Shown here piece after piece: positions 25,528 to 32,000 of a stretch of 32,000 nt of DNA. A model generated the notes under the pieces. The model was not told the DNA's origin, did no database searches, and saw nothing but the letters and a program-made list of their open reading frames with translations. Both the position numbers and the translations under genes were made by a program. Origin of the DNA: Ferroglobus placidus DSM 10642 (GTDB taxonomy: Archaea > Halobacteriota > Archaeoglobi > Archaeoglobales > Archaeoglobaceae). Numbering within the stretch: position 1 is the stretch's first letter; each line of letters begins with the position of its first letter. Where the stretch lies: the NCBI RefSeq assembly GCF_000025505.1, contig NC_013849.1, positions 2,160,001-2,192,000 on the forward strand, given 5' to 3'.

Positions 25528-26669
25528 CACCTCGAAAATACAGCCACAGCTCCGGTAGCGGTAGGAATGTATCTCCAAGACATAGCCACGCCAACCTCAG
25601 CGTCAACCTGCCTTCTTCCAGCTTCCCCTCTCAGCTGCAAAACGACCTCCAAAGCTTTTTGCCCGCCGGTAGCTTCAAGGAGATTTCCAACGCTGAGATT
25701 TCCTCCAGAAACGTTCACCGGCAATTCTCCTTTTCTGTCGAAGTAACCGCTCTTCATCAATTCCTCCACTTCTCCCTTCTTAGCCAAACCGAGAGCTTCG
25801 ATGTGCTGAACTTCTTTGTAGGCAAACCTGTCGTCAACCTCTGCAAGCTGAATTTCTTTATCCGGCTTAGTTATTCCAGCCATCTTGTAAGCCATTTCGG
25901 CAGCCTTCTTTGCATAAGCCGCTTCAAAGCTCATCGTGTCGTAATTGCTTGTTTCGCTCCACCAGCCAATTCCGTTAATCCATATCGGATCGTCTCTAAG
26001 CTCCTTAGCAACCTGCTCGTTAGCCAAAACGAAAACAATAGCTCCGTCGCTCCTCTCAGCAATTTCGAGCTTTCTCAACGGATAGAAGGCTGCTTCGCTG
26101 CTCAAAACATCTTCGACGCTTACATTAGCTGAGTACGGAGCGTCTTTGTTCAGCCTTCCGTGCTTCTTGTTCTTTACAACAACTTCAGCGAAAAGCTCGT
26201 CGCTGTAGCCTCTTCTGCTCATGTAGTATGATTTTTCGAGGGCGGCGAAGTAGTAAGGATGAGCCTTTCCGATCGGTCTCAGCCATATCGGGTCGAACGC
26301 AAACTTAATGACTTCTCCGAAAGTCACTATGTCGCTCGCTTTGCTGTGAGCTTCTACAACAGCTATCTCAGCCAGTCCGCTCTTTATTATCATGTACGCG
26401 TTGGCGATTCCGTGGAGAAAATCGGCAGTCACGGTGAACGTTGGCTTCAGCACCGCACCAAGCTGATCTGGCACGAACTCGTCGAAAATTGCGAAGCCCT
26501 CCCAGAAGTCTTCCGCGCACGTGACGAAGCTGTCGACGTCCTTTCTTGGATTTATCCCTGCATCTTCGTAAGCTCTGACTGCAGCTTCGTACATTATCTC
26601 TTTCCAGCTTAAATCCGGCGTATTTGCGTTAAAACCGGAGTAGCCAACGCCTACGACAGCTACTCTCAT
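25527..26669 (-). CDS. thiolase-fold protein lacking canonical Cys/His
   Basis: MRVAVVGVGYSGFNANTPDLSWKEIMYEAAVRAYEDAGINPRKDVDSF...MIIKSGLAEIAVVEAHSKASD...VSGGNLSVGNLLEATGGQKALEV. Confidence 0.88.
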   Translation of the reverse strand: MRVAVVGVGYSGFNANTPDLSWKEIMYEAAVRAYEDAGINPRKDVDSFVTCAEDFWEGFAIFDEFVPDQLGAVLKPTFTVTADFLHGIANAYMIIKSGLAEIAVVEAHSKASDIVTFGEVIKFAFDPIWLRPIGKAHPYYFAALEKSYYMSRRGYSDELFAEVVVKNKKHGRLNKDAPYSANVSVEDVLSSEAAFYPLRKLEIAERSDGAIVFVLANEQVAKELRDDPIWINGIGWWSETSNYDTMSFEAAYAKKAAEMAYKMAGITKPDKEIQLAEVDDRFAYKEVQHIEALGLAKKGEVEELMKSGYFDRKGELPVNVSGGNLSVGNLLEATGGQKALEVVLQLRGEAGRRQVDAEVGVAMSWRYIPTATGAVAVFSR

Positions 26670-26905
26670 TTTGTTTCACCAGTTTCAGCTTTACTTACGC
26701 ACTATTTAAAATTTTCTTTTTTATTCATTTCAAATTTTATGAACTCCAATATAAATTTTTTTAATTATTAAACATTCCCGTAAAGCTTTTGCCTATTCGA
26801 TATCAAAAATCCTGACAAATTTAAGCCGGCTTCAAATAAATTTTTGACAAAGCTTAAATAAACTAACGCACTTCTGCTTTCTGTAAAACTTCTGGAGGGG
26901 GCAAA

Positions 26906-28465
26906 ATGTCAAGGCTTCAAGAGCATCCGATAGTTGATTTTAAGAGGGGCAAGGAAGTCACAATTTATTTCAACGGAAAGCCGATAAAAGCTTATGAGGG
27001 TGAAACTGTAGCTGCAGCGTTGTATGCTGCCGGAATTCGTGTTTTTAGCAGATCTTTCAGATTTCACAGACCTCGTGGATTCTTCTGCGCTATAGGAAAG
27101 TGTTCGGCTTGCATGATGGAAGTAGATGGAATACCAAACGTCAGAATATGCAAAGTTTACGTGAGAGACGGAATGCAGATAAGGACGCAGAACGCGTATC
27201 CTTCAGCGGAAAACGACGCTTTAGCGATTTTCGACAGGATAATAGACAGATTCTTTCCCCACGGCTCACACTACAAGAAGTTCACGAGCTCCAAAACGCT
27301 AAGGGAAATAGCGACGAAGCAAATGAGGAAAATAGCCGGAATAGGTGAGTTTCCAAAAGCTCTGCCGAAAGAAGAGGCGGACTACGAAGAGATTAATGCG
27401 GACATAGCGATAGTGGGCGGAGGTCCTGCTGGTTTATCAGCTGCAATTTACGCTGGAAGGCTCGGAGCGAAAGTTGTTCTGATGGACGAAAATCCGTACT
27501 TAGGCGGACAGCTGATAAAGCAGACACACAGATTCTTCGGTAGCGGAGAGCACTATGCCGGAACGAGAGGAATAAGGATCGCGGAAATTTTAACGAAAGA
27601 GGTAAAAGAAATTGAGAACGTGGATGTTAGGACCGAGACGAAAGTTTTCGGAATTTACGGGAAAACCGTTGCGGCTGTCGAAAAAGATAGAAAGCTCCTG
27701 AAGGTCAACGCTAAAAAGATTGTTATTGCAACCGGAGCTTATGAAAGAACCTTAATCTTTGAAAACAACGATCTTCCCGGAGTTTACGGAGCTGGAGGAG
27801 TTCAGACGTTAATGAACGTTTACGGAGTAAAGCCCGGAAATAGAGGGTTAATCGTCGGTTCTGGAAATGTAGGACTTATTCTCAGCTATCAGCTCTTGCA
27901 GGCTGGCGTTGATGTTGCAGCTATCGTCGAGGCTATGCCGTTCGTTGGAGGGTACTTCGTTCATGCTGCAAAAGTGAGGAGACTCGGAGTTCCCATTTAC
28001 ACGAGACACACGATTCTGAAGGCTCTCGGAGAAAAGAAGGTGGAAAGAGCAATAATTGTTGAGCTGGATGAAAATTGGAGACCGATCGAGGGAACGGAGA
28101 AGGAGATAGAGTGCGACTTCATCTGCGTGGCTGTAGGTTTGTCTCCAGCTCACGAATTACTTTACCAAGCCGGATGCGAAATGAAATTCGTCCCCGAGCT
28201 TGGAGGTTTGGTACCAGTTAGAAACAAGTACGGAGAAACTACTGCAGAAGGAGTTTACGTTGCCGGAGACGTGGCGGGAATCGAGGAAGCTACGGCGGCA
28301 ATGATGGAGGGTAGAATTGCCGGGCTTGATGCTGCGATAAAGCTTGGATACGGGGATGAAGAGGCGGTAAAGCTAAGAGATAAGATAGTGGGAGAACTCG
28401 AAGAGTTTAGAAGGGGACCTTTCGGTGAGAGGATTCTCAGAGGTTTGGAGAAGGTGGTGAGGTGA
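26906..28465 (+). CDS. fusion of N-terminal [2Fe-2S] domain and FAD/NAD(P)-dependent oxidoreductase (SoxA/HcnA-HcnB/dye-linked dehydrogenase alpha-like)
   Basis: IYFNGKPIKAYEGETVAAALYAAGIRVFSRSFRFHRPRGFFCAIGKCSACMMEVDG, then ADIAIVGGGPAGLSAAIYAGRLG and YVAGDVAGIEEATAAMMEGRIAGLDAA. Confidence 0.9.
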   Translation: MSRLQEHPIVDFKRGKEVTIYFNGKPIKAYEGETVAAALYAAGIRVFSRSFRFHRPRGFFCAIGKCSACMMEVDGIPNVRICKVYVRDGMQIRTQNAYPSAENDALAIFDRIIDRFFPHGSHYKKFTSSKTLREIATKQMRKIAGIGEFPKALPKEEADYEEINADIAIVGGGPAGLSAAIYAGRLGAKVVLMDENPYLGGQLIKQTHRFFGSGEHYAGTRGIRIAEILTKEVKEIENVDVRTETKVFGIYGKTVAAVEKDRKLLKVNAKKIVIATGAYERTLIFENNDLPGVYGAGGVQTLMNVYGVKPGNRGLIVGSGNVGLILSYQLLQAGVDVAAIVEAMPFVGGYFVHAAKVRRLGVPIYTRHTILKALGEKKVERAIIVELDENWRPIEGTEKEIECDFICVAVGLSPAHELLYQAGCEMKFVPELGGLVPVRNKYGETTAEGVYVAGDVAGIEEATAAMMEGRIAGLDAAIKLGYGDEEAVKLRDKIVGELEEFRRGPFGERILRGLEKVVR

Positions 28466-28954
28466 ATGCAGGAGTTTTGCAAGAGGGGGTATTTGATTGA
28501 AGAAGAACTTCCAGAACCGCCAAGCGAAGAAAGGCTGAGAGATAAAAGACCCGTGGCTTACATAGAATGCCCTCAGAGAATTCCCTGCTCACCTTGTAAA
28601 GAAGCTTGCAGGTTCGATGCTGTGATAATGGAGACGATAAACGACACTCCGAAAGTGGATTACGAGAAGTGTACCGGATGCATGGCTTGCATAAGAGTTT
28701 GCCCCGGCTTAGCAATTTTCATGCTCCAAATTAAGGACGATAAGGGTTACGTTACCTTGCAGTACGAATTCCTGCCCTGGCTGAAAAAGGGAGACAGAGT
28801 GCTCGTTTTGAACAGAAAAGGGGAAGTGATAGGAGAGGGAGTAATAGCGTGGGCTTTGAATCCGGAAAGGAACGACAGAACTCAGCTCGTAACGGTTGAA
28901 GTCGATAAAGATCTGATTTTTGAGGCGAGAGCGGTTAAGAAGGTGGTAGAATGA
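28466..28954 (+). CDS. 4Fe-4S ferredoxin-like electron-transfer subunit
   Basis: CPQRIPCSPCKEACRFDAV...YEKCTGCMACIRVCPGLAIFML. Confidence 0.88.
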   Translation: MQEFCKRGYLIEEELPEPPSEERLRDKRPVAYIECPQRIPCSPCKEACRFDAVIMETINDTPKVDYEKCTGCMACIRVCPGLAIFMLQIKDDKGYVTLQYEFLPWLKKGDRVLVLNRKGEVIGEGVIAWALNPERNDRTQLVTVEVDKDLIFEARAVKKVVE

Positions 28955-29223
28955 AGAGCAGAAAGATCGTTTGCAGGTGTGAGGATATAACCGAAGAGGA
29001 AATAATACACGCTATAGAGGAAGGATACGACGACATAGAAAGTTTGAAAAGGTACACGGGAGCCACAACCGGAGCTTGCCAGGGAAAGGGTTGCCTAATG
29101 CACATACTGAGGATTCTCAGTCAAAAAACCGGAAAGAGTCCAGAGGAGATCGGGATAACAACCCAAAGACCTCCCGTAAACCCAGTTCCCTTATACGTTT
29201 TGGCTGAGGGTGATAAAGAATGA
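28951..29223 (+). CDS. BFD-like [2Fe-2S]-binding subunit
   Basis: KIVCRCEDITEEEIIHAIEEGYDDIESLKRYTGATTGACQGKGCLMHILRIL. Confidence 0.9.
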   Translation: MKSRKIVCRCEDITEEEIIHAIEEGYDDIESLKRYTGATTGACQGKGCLMHILRILSQKTGKSPEEIGITTQRPPVNPVPLYVLAEGDKE

Positions 29224-30311
29224 GGGTGGCGATAATCGGTTCCGGCATAGCCGGGATTTCTCTCGCTTACTTTCTTGCGAAAAGCGGAATTGACGTGGCT
29301 GTTTTCGAGAAAAAATATCCTCTTTACGGAGCGAGCGGAAGAAATTCGGGGGGAATAACTCTTCAGTTCGACAAACCGGAGTTCGTGGATCTCGCTAAGG
29401 AGAGCTTAAAAATTTACGACAGAGTTCAGTCGGAAGTGGGATTCAACTTCCTGTACAGGCACGACGGCTACATAAAAGTGGCGAGAAATAAAGACGATTT
29501 GGACAAGCTTGAAAAAGAGGTTAAAGTGGCGAAGTCGAGAGGAGTAAAAGCGAAAATGCTTGAAGCCGAGGAAGTAAAGGAGTTCGTTCCCGACTTCAAC
29601 CCTGATGCCATAGTTGGGGCGAGCTATTCGGAAGGGGGAGTGATCTTTCCTTGGCCGGTAATCTGGGGATTTGCCAAAGGTTGTAAAGAGATGGGAGTTG
29701 AGATCAAAAAAATGAGCGAAGTTAAGGAGATCGTCATTGAAAAAGGGTTTGTAAAGGGAGTAAAAGCTAACGGAGAGATCTACAAGGCTGATTACGTCGT
29801 CAACGCAGCGGGAGCTTGGAGCAACGAAGTCTCGTCTTTAGCTGGCGTAGGATTGGATAACAGAATAATTAAAGAGGAAATTTGCGTTAGCGAAAGCTTA
29901 AAACCTTACCTCGATCTCTACATTCTCGACGTCTCCACCGGCGTTTACCTGAGTCAGAGTGTCAGAGGAGAGATAGTGGGAGGGATTCTCGGCAGCGAGG
30001 TAGAAAAGCCGGACACTTCTTCAAGCTTCGAGTTCTTGACGAAGTACGCTAAAAAAGCGAGCGAGCTAATTCCGAAGCTTAAGAGCCTAACGATACTCAG
30101 GCAGTGGGCGGGAGTTTACGATGTCGCCAAGGACGATATGCCCGTAGTTGGATTAACCTCCGTCAGCGGCTTCATACAGTTCAACGGGCTCGGAAAATTC
30201 GGAATGTGCATCGCTCCAGCTCTGGCAAAGGAGTTGGCAATTTTGATTGTAAGGGGAGAAAACAGAAAAATAGAAAAGTTCAGTCCCCTCAGATTGAAAA
30301 TTTACCACTAA
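29220..30311 (+). CDS. FAD-dependent amino-acid/amine oxidoreductase (DAO family; SoxB/HcnC/proline dehydrogenase beta-like)
   Basis: MRVAIIGSGIAGISLAYFLAKSGIDVAVFEKKYPLYGASGRNSGGI...VNAAGAWSNEV...LRQWAGVYDVAKDDMPVVGLTSVSGFIQFNGLGKFGMCIAPALAKELA. Confidence 0.92.
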   Translation: MRVAIIGSGIAGISLAYFLAKSGIDVAVFEKKYPLYGASGRNSGGITLQFDKPEFVDLAKESLKIYDRVQSEVGFNFLYRHDGYIKVARNKDDLDKLEKEVKVAKSRGVKAKMLEAEEVKEFVPDFNPDAIVGASYSEGGVIFPWPVIWGFAKGCKEMGVEIKKMSEVKEIVIEKGFVKGVKANGEIYKADYVVNAAGAWSNEVSSLAGVGLDNRIIKEEICVSESLKPYLDLYILDVSTGVYLSQSVRGEIVGGILGSEVEKPDTSSSFEFLTKYAKKASELIPKLKSLTILRQWAGVYDVAKDDMPVVGLTSVSGFIQFNGLGKFGMCIAPALAKELAILIVRGENRKIEKFSPLRLKIYH

Positions 30312-30511
30312 ATTTTTCTCTTCTTTTTGAGAACTTCCTCAAGTTTCTTTTCTATCGGCTCCTCATGAGTGTACGGGCACATCAGATAATGCTCCACAGC
30401 TTTTGCTATCGCATCCTTCGTTGCACTCTCACCGGTCTTTTTCTTCAATTCGTTAAGCACGTCCTCCGGCAGCACGGTTTGAGCATGCACGATCTTTACC
30501 ATCTCCATCAC
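30308..30511 (-). CDS. small archaeal protein (DUF5371-like)
   Basis: MMEMVKIVHAQTVLPEDVLNELKKKTGESATKDAIAKAVEHYLMCPYTHEEPIEKKLEEVLKKK; overlaps the upstream gene end by 4 nt. Confidence 0.65.
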   Translation of the reverse strand: MMEMVKIVHAQTVLPEDVLNELKKKTGESATKDAIAKAVEHYLMCPYTHEEPIEKKLEEVLKKKRKI

Positions 30512-31746
30512 CTATAATGATGATGAGATTGCTGGTATTTAAACTTTGTGCTGAAAGATGCAAAATCTGAATCCTTAAGAGTAAAGAGAGGTTTGCCAAA
30601 CCTTCCGATGTCGAATCCAGAAACCATGATTCTGTAAAATATACCGGCATTTGATATGTCTCCTACGATTATGTAGCCTACAAGCCTTCCATTTTTTACG
30701 TAAAACCTCCAGTAATTCCCTCTGTCCTCTACTTCTTGGTAATTATTCCCGCTCACGTCTCCGGCGACGATAAAGTGGAAACCGAGCTTTTTTAGGCTAT
30801 TGATAACGTCAGAACCTTCGTAAGGAATCTTATAACCGAGAGCGTTTAAAGCCGCTATCTTCCCTTGCCTTACAGCGTTCCAGTAGTTGGCGAAAACTCC
30901 TCTCTCACCGGTAACTCTGTTTTTTGTCTCACAAACGTCTCCACAAGCGTAGATATCCTTTTGGGAGGTCTCCATAAATTCGTTAACTACTATACCTTTT
31001 GCAGTATCAAGTTCTTCCTTACAGAAATCGACGTTCGGAATCATGCCGGTAGCTGCGACGAACACATCTCCGGGAAATTCTTCTCCGTTCTCAGTAACAA
31101 CCGCTTTACAAACTCCTGAGCTGTCAGCCGCGAACTCCGTACCAAAACTGTTGAACACGAGCTCAACTCCCTTGTCTTCAAGTACTTTCTCGACGAATTT
31201 CGACGCTTTTTTATCCAACCTCTCGGGCATTATTCTGTCGGTCGCCTCCAAAAGCGTGACGTCAATTCCGATCTCTCTGAGCGTTAAAGCTATCTCTGTT
31301 CCCTGAAAACCTCCGCCAACGACAACCGCTTTTTTACACTCACCTCTAACAATTTTAGACCGAAGCTCTCGAACTTGAGTTAGCGACTTGAAATTGTAAA
31401 CATTCGGAAGATCCAAACCCTTAAGAGGAGCGTAAAGTCTGCTTCCCGAAGCAACTATAATTTTTTCGAACTCGTAGTCTCCTATTTCGGTTGTTATCTT
31501 TTTCCTCTTGGCATCTAATTTTTCAACTTTCTCTCCAATTCTCGCATCAACGTTTAGCCTTTCAAAAACGTCTTTTCCTTTCCAGAAAATCTCGTCACCG
31601 CCGGTTTTAAGATAGGTTGTCAAGACTGCCGGGTTGTAGGGAGGACATTTCTCAGCGGAAAAAATTGTTATTGGTAGATTTGTTTTCCTTCTGAGAGTCT
31701 CCGCAGCTGATATTCCCGCTGGTCCAGCGCCTACTATAGCGATCAT
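30508..31746 (-). CDS. FAD/NAD(P)-dependent oxidoreductase (CODH-associated FNOR / NADH oxidase-like)
   Basis: MIAIVGAGPAGISAAETLRRK...IIVASGSRLYAPLKG...KAVVVGGGFQGTEIALTLREIGIDVTLLEATDRIMP...KDIYACGDVCE. Confidence 0.88.
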   Translation of the reverse strand: MIAIVGAGPAGISAAETLRRKTNLPITIFSAEKCPPYNPAVLTTYLKTGGDEIFWKGKDVFERLNVDARIGEKVEKLDAKRKKITTEIGDYEFEKIIVASGSRLYAPLKGLDLPNVYNFKSLTQVRELRSKIVRGECKKAVVVGGGFQGTEIALTLREIGIDVTLLEATDRIMPERLDKKASKFVEKVLEDKGVELVFNSFGTEFAADSSGVCKAVVTENGEEFPGDVFVAATGMIPNVDFCKEELDTAKGIVVNEFMETSQKDIYACGDVCETKNRVTGERGVFANYWNAVRQGKIAALNALGYKIPYEGSDVINSLKKLGFHFIVAGDVSGNNYQEVEDRGNYWRFYVKNGRLVGYIIVGDISNAGIFYRIMVSGFDIGRFGKPLFTLKDSDFASFSTKFKYQQSHHHYR

Positions 31747-32000
31747 ATCCCCAGCTTTCTCCTTTTATCCTCGATGTGTTTAATTATAATTTCAGCAGCT
31801 TTTTCAGGGTCTGGCTCAACAACGAATTTCCCTCCCGTAAGCTCTTCTACTTTGCTTGTAAGAACGTCGAGAACAAGCTTGCTTCCGTAAATCGGTGGAG
31901 GGACGCCTAAAACGACTAATAAACCAGAAGCAACGAAGTAAGCTCCTATCGCAATTGCTTTCTCCGAGTACCATTCCATAGCAGCGCCTGCAGCTGGTAG
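31743..32000 (-). CDS. cooS: anaerobic carbon monoxide dehydrogenase catalytic subunit, C-terminal end (truncated by window edge)
   Basis: LPAAGAAMEWYSEKAIAIGAYFVASGLLVVLGVPPPIYGSKLVLDVLTSKVEELTGGKFVVEPDPEKAAEIIIKHIEDKRRKLGI; the frame is open to the window end. Confidence 0.88.
   Translation of the reverse strand, partial: LPAAGAAMEWYSEKAIAIGAYFVASGLLVVLGVPPPIYGSKLVLDVLTSKVEELTGGKFVVEPDPEKAAEIIIKHIEDKRRKLGI

Noticed and set aside
30511-30580. Possible third C/D-box sRNA (ATGATGA ... CTGA ... CTGA)
   Set aside because: C-to-D' spacing is about 20 nt, there is no convincing C' box, and there is no closing stem.
1-32000. CRISPR array or long tandem repeats
   Set aside because: No regularly spaced repeats of 24-37 nt were visible anywhere in the window.

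Overview
The window looks archaeal, most likely Archaeoglobales and Ferroglobus-like. That assignment is an inference from codon usage, TATA-like boxes and gene content; no database search was run. Most of it is ordinary chromosome: an MgtE/SLC41-type transporter end, a THUMP/SPOUT protein, MTA phosphorylase, a PRTase, hisE-srp19-Trm-G10, a slipin, a NOL1/NOP2/Sun methyltransferase, an M24 peptidase and thioredoxin reductase. Items needing attention are: (1) two unannotated archaeal C/D-box sRNAs flanking a small ferredoxin gene, with guide elements that appear to match 23S and 16S rRNA; (2) a beta-oxidation-like operon of acyl-CoA dehydrogenase, two DUF35 OB-fold proteins and two thiolase-fold proteins that both lack the canonical nucleophilic Cys and the GHP His; (3) a four-gene split amine/amino-acid dehydrogenase-like complex; (4) the C-terminus of CODH (CooS) linked to an FAD oxidoreductase; (5) several decaying loci: an hsdM remnant, a truncated NrfD-like gene abutting a frameshifted transposase, and a crcB gene with a deletion and frameshift; (6) two small toxin-antitoxin-like pairs; (7) a methanogenesis-marker-11-like protein next to a radical SAM protein with unusual Cys spacing; (8) an AT-rich 0.7 kb intergenic region with perfect dyads. 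I saw no CRISPR array.
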